DNA from: an uncultured virus (IMG/VR IMGVR_UViG_2534682017_000001)
Taxonomy: Duplodnaviria; Heunggongvirae; Uroviricota; Caudoviricetes
Strand: one strand, 5' to 3'
Virus record (IMG/VR): IMGVR_UViG_2534682017_000001
DNA length: 64,000 nucleotides
The position numbers and the translations under genes are program-made. Positions 9,942 through 20,283 of this stretch are shown here, one piece after another; positions within the stretch are counted from its first letter, which is position 1, and every line of letters begins with the position of its first letter. The notes under the pieces are model-generated. The model was not told the DNA's origin, searched no databases, and saw nothing but the letters and a program-made list of their open reading frames with translations.

Positions 9942-10003
9942 TTCACTTTCCTTTTGACATAAAAAAGCCACCCGTAGGTGGCGCAGTTTTTTTTTAAGTT
10001 GGT

Positions 10004-10153
10004 TCATGCTTTTATAGAAGCAATTATTACATCCAACTTCCATATTAAGATTGGGATAGAAAACAAAAGAATAAATGCAACTATTGTTTGCCATAAGCCA
10101 TACTTTTCAATAGATACTTTCATAAGCTCCACTATTGGTTTAAAATGCTCCAT
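10004..10153 (-). CDS. Small single-TM protein, 49 aa
   Basis: AAGGAG RBS then MEHFKPIVEL...YGLWQTIVAFILLFSIPILIWK. Confidence 0.6.
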   Translation of the reverse strand: MEHFKPIVELMKVSIEKYGLWQTIVAFILLFSIPILIWKLDVIIASIKA

Positions 10154-10341
10154 ATAGATATATCTTCTCCTTAATCTAGCTTTGGTTAAGTTGATAAAAA
10201 AAACCTCAGTGCGCCAACACTGGGGTTTTTGCTTTTTGATCATAGAAAACTTAGCTATGAGTTTCCTCCGGCCCGGTTTTCATGTAATAAAAAACCGCCC
10301 GAAGGCGGCTGTTGAAAGAAATTTGTTACTTATATAGTTTT

Positions 10342-11214
10342 TTACAAAGCTACACCGCAAATATCCTTCGCTCCAGTAGGATAAGTAAACTGCATTTTGG
10401 ACTTATCTGTAACCAATTGGAGCCCAACTGTTTTACCAGTCAAAGCAGAGTTAGCAAAGTGGTCTTGGTTAATTGCTCCCATGAAGCTTATATATTTTAA
10501 TTTATTTTCCATAGTAAGATTTAAGTAGCCGTAATTTACACCATTAACAATATAGCCAATCTGTTTAGTATTTTGATTTACATAAATTCCTACTCTAACC
10601 TTCCCATCAGCTGGAACTTGTACTGGATTACTGGTTCTATTAGCACTTAAGTATGTTAAATGACCATTTCCATCTGATTTATATGTAGCACCTAAAGAAG
10701 CGATTGAGTCTCCATTTATAACACCTGAATAGTTATTACCTTTTGCAAACATTAAATTTAATGTAAATTCCACTTTAGATTGTGAGGATCCAGTAATAAC
10801 AAAACCATACTCATACATCTGAGAAGTACTGCCAAGATTAACCTTGAGATTATTCACATCAAAAATGAACTCCTGAGCAAAAATATCTGAAGTAGTAATA
10901 GGTTTATCTACTATGGCAACATTGTCTGGCGTATTAGAAGTATATTGAGTTTTAAACTGGATATATTTTTTAGAAGCTAAAAGCTTGTCGACATTTTTAT
11001 TTGAATAATAATTTATAACGTCATAACCAGACTGATTAGTATTATTTATATTAGCAACTTGCTCTGTATAACGGTAATTACTTGAGTTAGCTGCGTTTGC
11101 TGCTTCAAAAGCTTGTAGGTCTTGTAAGGTCGCATCAAAGGTATATGAGCACTCGGCAAAAGCACTACTTACTCCACTGAAACCCATTACTGTTGCTAAA
11201 ATTATCTTTTTCAC
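10342..11214 (-). CDS. Exported protein, DUF4882-like
   Basis: GTG start, signal peptide MKKIILATVMG...AFA; 'VGIYVNQNTKQIGYIVNGVNYGY' recalled from that family. Confidence 0.65.
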   Translation of the reverse strand: MKKIILATVMGFSGVSSAFAECSYTFDATLQDLQAFEAANAANSSNYRYTEQVANINNTNQSGYDVINYYSNKNVDKLLASKKYIQFKTQYTSNTPDNVAIVDKPITTSDIFAQEFIFDVNNLKVNLGSTSQMYEYGFVITGSSQSKVEFTLNLMFAKGNNYSGVINGDSIASLGATYKSDGNGHLTYLSANRTSNPVQVPADGKVRVGIYVNQNTKQIGYIVNGVNYGYLNLTMENKLKYISFMGAINQDHFANSALTGKTVGLQLVTDKSKMQFTYPTGAKDICGVAL

Positions 11215-11333
11215 GGCGTTATCCTGTTTTTTATTTTGAACATTTAGTATAAACAAGTCTCTAAATCATTTGATTAATTCCGACAGATGACAAAAATATA
11301 AGTCAGCTATTTAATAATACCGCCCGAAGGCGG

Positions 11334-11723
11334 TTAACTATTTTCGATGTCTTTTCTGGCTTTCTTAAATTCTTTAATCACTTCAACGATCGTTTTACCT
11401 TCCTGTTTATCTATGAAATTAAAGATCCACCGGACCAAAGCCCAACCTGGTAATCCGCAAACAAAGAAGAAGCCCCCTAAGGTAATCATCCCCCAAATAT
11501 CGGTAACCCATTCATGAAGCCCCCATTTCACGATAATGAATGAACCACCAGCTAAACTTGATACGACGGTACAAATGAGCCCAACGGCCCATTCTTGAGG
11601 TGAACGCGGCATACGTGTCATCAAAACAACTGCTGCAACTAATGCGACAGCTAAAGTCACCATAATTGCTGCGCCATAAAATTTTAAAAGTGCTGTTAAA
11701 CCGCTAGTTGAAACCGGTTCCAT
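11334..11723 (-). CDS. Putative holin (3 TM)
   Basis: Three hydrophobic segments, charged C-terminus, position between tailspike and endolysin. Confidence 0.7.
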   Translation of the reverse strand: MEPVSTSGLTALLKFYGAAIMVTLAVALVAAVVLMTRMPRSPQEWAVGLICTVVSSLAGGSFIIVKWGLHEWVTDIWGMITLGGFFFVCGLPGWALVRWIFNFIDKQEGKTIVEVIKEFKKARKDIENS

Positions 11724-11801
11724 TTATTTCTCCAGAAAATTTAGACAATAAAAAAGCCCTGATCTTTAATAGATTCAGGGCCTGTAAGTACAACTATCAA
11801 G

Positions 11802-13619
11802 TTAGATATCTTTTATTCCAGCACTATAAAGAATTGAATAACTTCGATTAGCAGTTAGATATTTCCCAGTTGAGTAAAGCCCAACTGTTAACTTGTCAAC
11901 CTGTCTATTGTGAATATAACCATACACACCTGCAAATGATGGCGTTGTTACACCAGAATTTAATGCATCATCATTCCACCCCCCATTATTGACTGGTGAT
12001 AGTTGTGTAAAAACATTTGGTACACGTGGATAGATATACGGTAATGTTAACTCAGTTCCAGCAACTCGATACTGAGCACCATCACCAGTATTTACCGTGA
12101 TTGCACCACTGACTTCTGGCATTCTCAGCTTTGTACTGGCCTGTAGGTTTGCTGTGTAAAGAAGCTTTGTTCTCCTAGGCACTGAAACATCTTCAATTGA
12201 AATATAATCAGATGGAATTTGTGTAGTTGTTGCAATATTCGAATATCCAAATCTCAAAAGATTTGTCAGAGATGTTGCATTTAAGACACGCACACCATCT
12301 ATTTTAATATTTACCTTTTTAGTAATAATAATACCGTTTGAAACAACCACCTGAATTAATGTATCAATTGCTTTCGGAGAGCACTCAACAGTTAGATTTT
12401 TAATATTGATATGCAGGTCTTCTGTTAAATCCTGTGTGAGAGCGATATATATAATACCTCGTGCAGCACCGTCACCAATCGTATCAATGATTACATCTTC
12501 TAAATCCCATGTACCACCAATTGAGTGGCTTGAGTAAATAGCCCATCCTGAAGCCTCCGTTGAAGTACCCGTGACACGAGAATTAGCGATTTTTGTATTC
12601 TTACCAGCCATGTGAGCGGCATCTAACTGGCAATCAATGTACTGTACATCATCACAATTGCCATGCATGTCTGCGGCACCTACTGCTGCCGCTCCAAAAT
12701 TTTGCAAAGAAGCACCCATGACACGCCAGTTTCGTACTGGAACATTACACACTCCACTACTACTACCAAAAGCAATACCATGACGTGAGGCATTGAAATT
12801 ACCGCCAAATATACGCCCCTTCTGACAATTAGCTAATACAAGTCCATATTGCAGGCCATTTGGCGTCACATCAGCTAAACAAGAAGTTGCATTCCCGTAC
12901 ATGGTAGTGTTGTAGCAGCGATCAAGCATAATGTTCTGATACATACCACCTGCACTTTTAGGGTGAGAAATAACACAATCCCTACCAAAAGTGATAATCA
13001 CTGCTGGATTTGGGTTTGTCTCATCAACATTTATATTTAGCTTGGAAAGATCTACAGTAATTGATGATATTTTATAAATATCTACTATAGAGGAGTCATA
13101 AGCTTCATAAAACTTTCCAAGTACTGTAACCGTATCTCCACTCACACGTGCAACTTCAACAAATTCACCAGCTTTGTAATAGGCTAGCTCAGGGTTAAAG
13201 CTTCCATTGTCTGGGTTATGAATACAAATTAAATCACCACGCTTGATTTGACCTAAGTGTGAAACAGTAAGAGTATTAGCCCCTTTAATAATGTTTGCTA
13301 ACGGCTTGTTAATTAAAGCTGAAGTGCCTGAAAAATTTAACCGCCCATTAGGACCAAAATTCATTTTTGCAGTTAAATCAAAGTTAATAGCCTGATCTTT
13401 TGTGACAACCACTGCATTATTAATGAAGTACTCACCATCAGTAACTCTAAGACTATTGTTTGCTAGAGCTTCTTCAAGACTCAAAGAAACATCACCGGAT
13501 GTTCCATCTATATAGTCACTCAAAGAAGCAATTTCTTTATTCTTTATCGTTTGAGCATCATTTATTTCATGCTGGTTTTTGGTGCCATCTATAACGTCAA
13601 TTGCATTTACTGTAGCCAT
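11802..13619 (-). CDS. Tailspike / putative capsule depolymerase (beta-helix)
   Basis: Follows tail tip gene; G/N/C-rich beta-helix-like repeats ('YGLVLANCQKGRIFGGNFNASRHGI', 'ADMHGNC'). Confidence 0.75.
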   Translation of the reverse strand: MATVNAIDVIDGTKNQHEINDAQTIKNKEIASLSDYIDGTSGDVSLSLEEALANNSLRVTDGEYFINNAVVVTKDQAINFDLTAKMNFGPNGRLNFSGTSALINKPLANIIKGANTLTVSHLGQIKRGDLICIHNPDNGSFNPELAYYKAGEFVEVARVSGDTVTVLGKFYEAYDSSIVDIYKISSITVDLSKLNINVDETNPNPAVIITFGRDCVISHPKSAGGMYQNIMLDRCYNTTMYGNATSCLADVTPNGLQYGLVLANCQKGRIFGGNFNASRHGIAFGSSSGVCNVPVRNWRVMGASLQNFGAAAVGAADMHGNCDDVQYIDCQLDAAHMAGKNTKIANSRVTGTSTEASGWAIYSSHSIGGTWDLEDVIIDTIGDGAARGIIYIALTQDLTEDLHINIKNLTVECSPKAIDTLIQVVVSNGIIITKKVNIKIDGVRVLNATSLTNLLRFGYSNIATTTQIPSDYISIEDVSVPRRTKLLYTANLQASTKLRMPEVSGAITVNTGDGAQYRVAGTELTLPYIYPRVPNVFTQLSPVNNGGWNDDALNSGVTTPSFAGVYGYIHNRQVDKLTVGLYSTGKYLTANRSYSILYSAGIKDI

Positions 13620-13678
13620 TTTTGTTCCTTTAAAGGTTTTAATATATAAAAAAGCACCCTTCAAGAGTGCTTATAACG

Positions 13679-16600
13679 TTAAACAGTTTGTAAAATTTTC
13701 CCTCCATTAATCAATTTTGTAGTGAGTGGTGCTACTCCGACAATCGCGGTACCACCCGCTCCCGGCTGGCCTTCCGTTGTGCCATGGTAATTCCAATTCC
13801 AAGTTCCATCATTGGTTGACTTAGTACCACGTTGCCCCCAACCACCACCATCACCGGATAAAGGAGATCCATATCGGTCATTTTGAGTGCGGTATCCCTT
13901 ACCCGGCATCACAGCCTCAGCATCAGTGACTTTTACAACCATCAAATACCCACCATTCAAATACCAGCGCCAGTCCTGGGTATCATTGTAGATAGGCTCT
14001 CCTGTCATAACACGGCCAAATGGTGCCCCAGCTCCACCCGGAATACCTTGTACCCCATAGCTCAACTCAGTGTAGATCCCACTTGGAGTAGCACCACCAC
14101 CAGAACCGCCACGGGCCAACGTACCTCCATCGATAATCAGATTCAATTTGCTGTGCCGGTTCATTAAACCGGGTGCTCCCTTGAATCCATCACGGCGCGT
14201 TTTAGTAAAGTTGTAATCTGGGTCACTTGACCAGGCACCAAAAGCAAGATGAGGCAAACCGCCATCACCACCACGACCTACTACTGAACCTTTAATTGTA
14301 AGATTTACAGTAAGACCAGCAGGAAACTCCCCAGTATCAATGGCAGGAAATTCAGGAGCAGCTGGAACAATAAACTCCTGTTTTGCCGGACTTGAGTTAT
14401 GGTCAAACTTATAAACCATTCGTGTTTCTGGCCGAAGTGAACTGGAACTCGAAACCAAGGCACCAGCTTCAACAATAAAGCTAATTTCTCCTGTTGTTGG
14501 TAAGTCACCTCTTTGCATCTGATATAGCCGCGCAAGATTAATATCAAGCTGGTCATATCGAATGTAAATTGGTGAATCATCAACGGGCACGTCAATAAAG
14601 TCTTTATCGTTGAGGTAATAACGAACATCGTAATTTACTGCTGTAACGGTATTTGAGAACTTATCAACCGGATCTTTTTTAGCGACAAGGTAAGGTAATG
14701 AGTCTTTGGTATCGTCATTAACAACTGTATAGATCGTATTAACAAAATCATCAGAACTTAGCTTTAAAGCACCATTTGGCAAACGTCCTAGAACTACTTT
14801 GTTCTTAGTAGATCCAGCAGTAATAGGAAGTAGATCAACGGTACCATCTCCCATTTGCAAATAAATCACGTAGCTCTTCCCAGCTATGAAATCGACATCA
14901 TGGCTTAGAGTGAGAATTAAACCCTCTTGTTTAACCACATCACCACTTTGATGGATGCCATTACGATAATCAGCTACAGCAATACGGTCCCTTAAAACTA
15001 GTAATTCCGATTCAGGAGCAGCATCAAAGGTAATGGATTTGCGCTGAAAGCGGAGCTTATTCCAGAGTCGGTACGCATTAAAACGGGCTTGCCATTTATT
15101 GCGCACACCTACCGATTTCACTTCTTTGGGGTTCTTGGCTCCTTTATCCGGCAAATAAATATTGATACGACTATCATCGGCCGGATCCGTATATTCATAG
15201 ACCAACCCATCATAGTCATCCATCATGCCAAGCGTTAGATCATGCTTATAACTATCCGGAATGATATTCCTGAAGTTAAACAGCAATACCGAATTATCCG
15301 TTGGCCGTTCAAAATAGATCTTTAGCTTGTTGTTCTGACGATAAGCAGTACAAAAAACAGCATCACAAAGGTTGGTGACCAGCTCTTCAAATGAAAGATT
15401 GGTGTCATCAATGGTGGTACAGAACTCGGCCGCTAAAGGTGTACCGAAGTAATCGACAATATCGTTATAAGTACGATAGATGTTTTCAATATCAATCTCG
15501 TCGATCGTACGGCGGCCTATCTTGTCATCGAGCGCCATCGATAAAAGAGCATCAGCAAAACTAGAAGTTGGAAACAACTCTGTCGTCATTGCTCCATTTT
15601 TATAGGTTGGCAACATGCGCTGAAGATCAAAATTGATCTTTCGCGACTTAACAGATAAAGCTCCAGTCGTTGCATATGTACGTGCACGAAAAACCGTTTC
15701 ATGTTCATACATCGTGCTTTGCAATGGAAATGCGCCGTATAAAGCTTGCCACTTCACTTCATCAACAACGGTTGTCACTGCTGGGGTTGGTGTTAATCGT
15801 CGAGCACGTACACTACAGCGTCCCTGAAATGTGACCATATCCAGCGACGCACCAACTGTTTGGCGTGACTTTGCAGAGCCTTTTAGAATGATCTGCTTTA
15901 GCATTGGATTACCAATAGCTGCGCCAGACTCATTCACTGGAGTTACTTCAACTTCAATCGTGACATTTACAGCCGCCTGATTACCTCCTGAAGAGACTGT
16001 ATAAAGCCCATTATTCGCGACAAAATTAAAGATGACACGATTACGTTCAATGTTGTCTAGGATAAACGGGCCAATCCACTTCTCGCCAATAGATGAAAGC
16101 TTTGGAGAGGCAGCAGCTGTTTGCTGGTTAGTGAGTTCTTTTACCTTTAGCCAGTTCGGATTAACTGCTGCTGGGTTAGACAAAGCCATCCGATCGTCTG
16201 CTACAGATAAGACGCTGTAAGTACCGTTTAAATCGTATGTTTGTCCGTTAAAAGTAAACGTAGCATTGGTGATTTCAACTCGGTCATTGCTGACAAACTT
16301 AGTCGTTAAATCGGTATTGTTAGCAGCTGCTCGAAGGATCTCATTTGGATAAGCAAATTGAAGATAATTGGTGCCTTCCAGACTTTGAGTGTCAGCTGGT
16401 CGTAAGATCTGGCCATTCACTGAGTTTTGATGCTGGACAGTTAAAGGCGGCGTAGTAATTTCGCTACCAAGGGAAAAATAAGGCTGTCCAGATATGATAT
16501 CGACACCTGGTCGAAAGACCTCTACCGACGCACCTGCAATATCAACAATATTGGTTTCACCATCGTAAGCGCCTTTGATGTGATAGTGACCACGCCCAAT

Positions 16601-17119
16601 ACAGCCAACAAGATGTTCAACTTCGACGTTGTTTTCATAGACCTTATAAGGAACTGCAATTAAATCAGGCGTATCCCAAGCTGCACCATAAATATCAGCA
16701 ATACGTCCATTCACTCGCATTTTGTTTTCGCGGTTTGAAAGTTCGTTATTTGCTGATGAGGATTGGTTGTTATTCTGAGTGGTTTGGGCAATTGACGGCG
16801 CGGGCATTAAAAATGCAATCGCCACACTTAAGACAATGGAAACGATAGCAGCAATAAGCGCAGGCATACCTTTCGGGTTTTCAATCACAATGAAAGTGCC
16901 CGGCAAGAAATCAAGCTGCTTTAAGTCGTGAGCATTCTTAGGTGTAACTTCATTGGCAAAAGAGATCTCCGCATGATCCATATTGCTTGAAGTGTGAAAA
17001 ATACGGACATGCTCAGGCAAGTATTCATATTTTGAAGTAAGCCATTGCCCGATAGTTTCGGCTTGCTCAATTGTCTTTTCTTCAGACAAAGGATCCTGTT
17101 TATAAATAATCTTAATCAT
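13679..17119 (-). CDS. Tail tip / host specificity protein (TipJ-like)
   Basis: 1146 aa, 'RIADIYG...PDLI' motif, Gly-rich C-terminus, synteny. Confidence 0.88.
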   Translation of the reverse strand: MIKIIYKQDPLSEEKTIEQAETIGQWLTSKYEYLPEHVRIFHTSSNMDHAEISFANEVTPKNAHDLKQLDFLPGTFIVIENPKGMPALIAAIVSIVLSVAIAFLMPAPSIAQTTQNNNQSSSANNELSNRENKMRVNGRIADIYGAAWDTPDLIAVPYKVYENNVEVEHLVGCIGRGHYHIKGAYDGETNIVDIAGASVEVFRPGVDIISGQPYFSLGSEITTPPLTVQHQNSVNGQILRPADTQSLEGTNYLQFAYPNEILRAAANNTDLTTKFVSNDRVEITNATFTFNGQTYDLNGTYSVLSVADDRMALSNPAAVNPNWLKVKELTNQQTAAASPKLSSIGEKWIGPFILDNIERNRVIFNFVANNGLYTVSSGGNQAAVNVTIEVEVTPVNESGAAIGNPMLKQIILKGSAKSRQTVGASLDMVTFQGRCSVRARRLTPTPAVTTVVDEVKWQALYGAFPLQSTMYEHETVFRARTYATTGALSVKSRKINFDLQRMLPTYKNGAMTTELFPTSSFADALLSMALDDKIGRRTIDEIDIENIYRTYNDIVDYFGTPLAAEFCTTIDDTNLSFEELVTNLCDAVFCTAYRQNNKLKIYFERPTDNSVLLFNFRNIIPDSYKHDLTLGMMDDYDGLVYEYTDPADDSRINIYLPDKGAKNPKEVKSVGVRNKWQARFNAYRLWNKLRFQRKSITFDAAPESELLVLRDRIAVADYRNGIHQSGDVVKQEGLILTLSHDVDFIAGKSYVIYLQMGDGTVDLLPITAGSTKNKVVLGRLPNGALKLSSDDFVNTIYTVVNDDTKDSLPYLVAKKDPVDKFSNTVTAVNYDVRYYLNDKDFIDVPVDDSPIYIRYDQLDINLARLYQMQRGDLPTTGEISFIVEAGALVSSSSSLRPETRMVYKFDHNSSPAKQEFIVPAAPEFPAIDTGEFPAGLTVNLTIKGSVVGRGGDGGLPHLAFGAWSSDPDYNFTKTRRDGFKGAPGLMNRHSKLNLIIDGGTLARGGSGGGATPSGIYTELSYGVQGIPGGAGAPFGRVMTGEPIYNDTQDWRWYLNGGYLMVVKVTDAEAVMPGKGYRTQNDRYGSPLSGDGGGWGQRGTKSTNDGTWNWNYHGTTEGQPGAGGTAIVGVAPLTTKLINGGKILQTV

Positions 17120-17474
17120 AGTAACTGACCCGACTAAACCCCATTGCTTTAATGACGTCTTCAGCTAAATAAGTGACTCCGCTCTCCATTAGGTGTAAAA
17201 CCTTCTGCCCACGAAAAAGCCCCACATGCGGGGGCTTATTTCGTTGTCTTGGATGGAAGGCGACTATGCAGCCTTCCTTGGGCATGGGCAGTGGATTTAA
17301 GAGCTTTAATCGTGAGACTTTAAACTCGATATGGCCTTTAGGTTGCATGAACAAATCTAAAGCTTCGCTCCGGTCTACTCCATATAGATCTAAAGCGGCT
17401 TCATGCGCAAAGTGAACACAGTTGTATTGCTCTTCATCGTATTGCTTATCAAGTAAATGATCATGACTTTTCAT
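17112..17474 (-). CDS. NlpC/P60-like tail assembly protein
   Basis: 'YNCVHF', 'HVGLF...VLHL'. Confidence 0.75.
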   Translation of the reverse strand: MKSHDHLLDKQYDEEQYNCVHFAHEAALDLYGVDRSEALDLFMQPKGHIEFKVSRLKLLNPLPMPKEGCIVAFHPRQRNKPPHVGLFRGQKVLHLMESGVTYLAEDVIKAMGFSRVSYYD

Positions 17475-17977
17475 ACAGCCCCCTTCAGTCCACTAAACCG
17501 ATCCAGTGAAAAAATGTCACCAGTTTTGGAAGTATTTAAACGAGGTGATTCAGCCTTGAATGTCACAGCTTTATGGTTCATTGAAACACCTGCAAGTTGG
17601 AGGCCTAGCAGATAATGAATTGGTGCATTTAAGTTGTCTGAACTGTACAGGCGATAATTGACAGTAGGCTTCACATCTGCAAATTGGCCTTCTAAAACTC
17701 GCTCAAACTCATCCGGCAATATATCGCCAAGACCCGAAACTGAGACAGTTAATGTCTGGTCCAGATCACCTAACATTCCAGATCTTTGAATAGACATCGG
17801 TAGATATTCATAAAACACCTGTCCGGCTCCTTCTTTATGTTGAACATAGACACCACGATCATCATTACGAACAACTCGATAAGTGTTTAGAAATGATGGA
17901 TGTGATAGCTCAATACACTCCAATTGATAGATATCAACTTTACGATTGAGGAAGAACTTGGCGTATTCGTTATCCAT
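17471..17977 (-). CDS. Minor tail protein, DUF1833-like
   Basis: 'LECIELSHPSF' motif, synteny. Confidence 0.75.
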   Translation of the reverse strand: MDNEYAKFFLNRKVDIYQLECIELSHPSFLNTYRVVRNDDRGVYVQHKEGAGQVFYEYLPMSIQRSGMLGDLDQTLTVSVSGLGDILPDEFERVLEGQFADVKPTVNYRLYSSDNLNAPIHYLLGLQLAGVSMNHKAVTFKAESPRLNTSKTGDIFSLDRFSGLKGAV

Positions 17978-18375
17978 TAGACCTCCCAATCTTTAATCAA
18001 TGCTGCATCAGCTGTTAGATTCGGCTGGTTTTGAATGACTTCCATCTGTGCGGTTACCCGGTAAAGATTTCCATTCACTTCATTAGTTTTGAAAGACTCG
18101 GGAATGAAGTTACATTGGTATTGTTGGCGCGTGCCCTGATCAATGACGAGATCCGCATAAAATGAAGCTGGTTTGTTTTGGTAAAGTCGCCAAAAAGCCA
18201 TCATTTTATTGAAATCGGTTTTACTTAAATTCCAGTTCACATCAACAATGTGGCTATTACGTTTTACATCAATGTAATAGCGTCCACGCCCTCCATCCAT
18301 TTGCTGACGCTTTACATCATCACCTGGTGTTACGCCATAGCCATTTGTTTGAGGATTTAGCTTTAACTTGTACAT
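17977..18375 (-). CDS. Distal tail / minor tail protein
   Basis: 'QQMDGGRGRY' motif; first structural gene after the tape measure. Confidence 0.7.
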   Translation of the reverse strand: MYKLKLNPQTNGYGVTPGDDVKRQQMDGGRGRYYIDVKRNSHIVDVNWNLSKTDFNKMMAFWRLYQNKPASFYADLVIDQGTRQQYQCNFIPESFKTNEVNGNLYRVTAQMEVIQNQPNLTADAALIKDWEV

Positions 18376-18453
18376 AACTTTCCTTCAGGCAATAAAAAAC
18401 CCACTAGATGAGTGGGTTAAACTTAACTTTAATATTAAGGAGTTTTCGATACA

Positions 18454-19047
18454 TTAAACTTCTAACAGCTTGATGTTATTTAAGCTCTTATTAATTCTTT
18501 CTTTTTTCTCTACAGATATATCGAGAATAAATAGCAGAAAATCTTTTAACACTTCAATTTGTGCTTTTGTGAAAAAATTCAATAATTTCGAAATTTCCTC
18601 AAAAGTATCTGATGTACTAATACGAAAAAGCCAAGAGGAAAAACTATTTGAAGATAAAACTTCGGTATCTTTTAATACGCAATTCATAATAGCTGGGGTA
18701 TAAAATAAAAAACCTTGGGGTTTTAAAAATCCAAAACCCGTATGATAATTATTTAAATATGAAACAGGTATTTCAAAAGGATTACTGTACCTATTATACA
18801 TTTTCCTCTTTTCTTTAATTGCATTTACAGCCTCTTCAAAGTCCTCTCTAAACCATCCACCCGTTTCTAGAAGGTGCAGCTCATGCTTTATCCACTCTTC
18901 CTCAGTTAAGTTTAAATCGGTGCGATTTTTATCGAAATACCAGTAACTTGTATCCGCATAATCTTCCTCTGGCAGAGTATAGGCCTTCCCCAAAGTAACA
19001 TTTTTAAACTCTAACTCAATTCGCTTTTTTAGATTTTCGATATTCAT
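18454..19047 (-). CDS. DUF6714-like protein, putative immunity protein
   Basis: 'IELEFKNVTLG', 'GFLKPQGFLFYTPAIM'; starts 1 nt after the upstream stop. Confidence 0.6.
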   Translation of the reverse strand: MNIENLKKRIELEFKNVTLGKAYTLPEEDYADTSYWYFDKNRTDLNLTEEEWIKHELHLLETGGWFREDFEEAVNAIKEKRKMYNRYSNPFEIPVSYLNNYHTGFGFLKPQGFLFYTPAIMNCVLKDTEVLSSNSFSSWLFRISTSDTFEEISKLLNFFTKAQIEVLKDFLLFILDISVEKKERINKSLNNIKLLEV

Positions 19048-19048
19048 T

Positions 19049-20197
19049 TTATTGCCCTAGAGCCCCGAGGTAGCTTTTACAATCATTAGCAGTTGCTTTA
19101 GCCATTTTTGCTTGAATTAAGTGTTCCTGATCTTGTGGAGACCAGCATGCATTCTCTGCATCTCTAGAAGCACCTAGCTCAGTATATGCATTATACCGAG
19201 TGAGCAATTGACTAGAATTCATTCCAGCACTACAACCGCCTAGCCCATTAGTAACATCTTTTGCGTAGACAACACGACTTCTTATAGGTTGCCAAGATTC
19301 TCTTGAACAAACCCAACAATCACCATTACCGTTAGTAATACCACTTGGACACTTATTATCGGCATTTTTTTCTAACTCCTGAACGACAGGTTCAGCCTGT
19401 ACTACATCATTTAAAATATTCTGAGTTGCTCCATTAGTTGCAACTTGAGCATCTAAACTTCCTGAATCAGCGTTAGAAATTACTTTTCCAGCTAAGGTTT
19501 CTAGAGGAAGAGTTTTTTCTGATGAATAAATTCCACCCTCTATAGTCCCTGTAAAACGCTGATAGCCCGTTTCTAAAAATCTGCAAGTAAAGTAACTTCC
19601 AGAGCGTGAAACATGCTCCCAGTCAATGGTAGGTCTAAAATTTGATACTTCAAAATACCATTGTTGGATATTTTTACAAACTGCATTAATAGAATCACCA
19701 CGTGTAGTTTCTTTAACGCCATTAGATCTATAGATAAAAATACCTATTTCAGTAATAGGTGGCTCTCCAGCAATTGATTTCGGCTTATAACGAATCTGAT
19801 TATTCCCTGCATCCATCACCCAATCAACAGCACCAAGTAACTGATCAACCGCAATACTTAAGGCAATTCCAGCAACTCCCCCTCTCAAAACTTCAGCCAC
19901 TTGCTTAGCATTCGGTGTTACTAATGCTGCTGAAACTCTAGTGTCTTTTACCGTATCAATTAATGTTGATGCACCCATGACAGTTGAATTAGTAATAGAC
20001 CATCCACCTAATGGTGCAGCTGCCGAACTCATCACTCGTGCTGATGCTGTTAAATTGTAATTAGATAGAGTTGGTGCTGCTAATTCAGTCGTTTGTAATA
20101 GATTCATCTGCATATTAGATTCAGACGTTTCATTTTGGTTGTTATCACCACACCCCGAAAGCCCCAACAATATTGCAAATAAAAACAGTTTTTTCAT
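19049..20197 (-). CDS. Lipoprotein with TspB/inovirus-pIII-like N-region and Ntox16-like C-terminal domain
   Basis: Lipobox LSGC; 'AVDQLLGAVDWVMD..NNQIRY'; Cys-rich C-terminus with 'ASR..EN.CW...DQEH'. Confidence 0.6.
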   Translation of the reverse strand: MKKLFLFAILLGLSGCGDNNQNETSESNMQMNLLQTTELAAPTLSNYNLTASARVMSSAAAPLGGWSITNSTVMGASTLIDTVKDTRVSAALVTPNAKQVAEVLRGGVAGIALSIAVDQLLGAVDWVMDAGNNQIRYKPKSIAGEPPITEIGIFIYRSNGVKETTRGDSINAVCKNIQQWYFEVSNFRPTIDWEHVSRSGSYFTCRFLETGYQRFTGTIEGGIYSSEKTLPLETLAGKVISNADSGSLDAQVATNGATQNILNDVVQAEPVVQELEKNADNKCPSGITNGNGDCWVCSRESWQPIRSRVVYAKDVTNGLGGCSAGMNSSQLLTRYNAYTELGASRDAENACWSPQDQEHLIQAKMAKATANDCKSYLGALGQ

Positions 20198-20283
20198 TTA
20201 TTTCCCCTTATTTTATAATAGTTTATTTTAATTTCTAATAAAAAACCAGAATGAAATAATAAAGCCCTCTAAAGGGCTTTATA

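Noticed and set aside
9942..10094. N-terminal extension of the endolysin in the ORF track
   Set aside because: Crosses a terminator and another gene; RBS and family start fit ATG 9941
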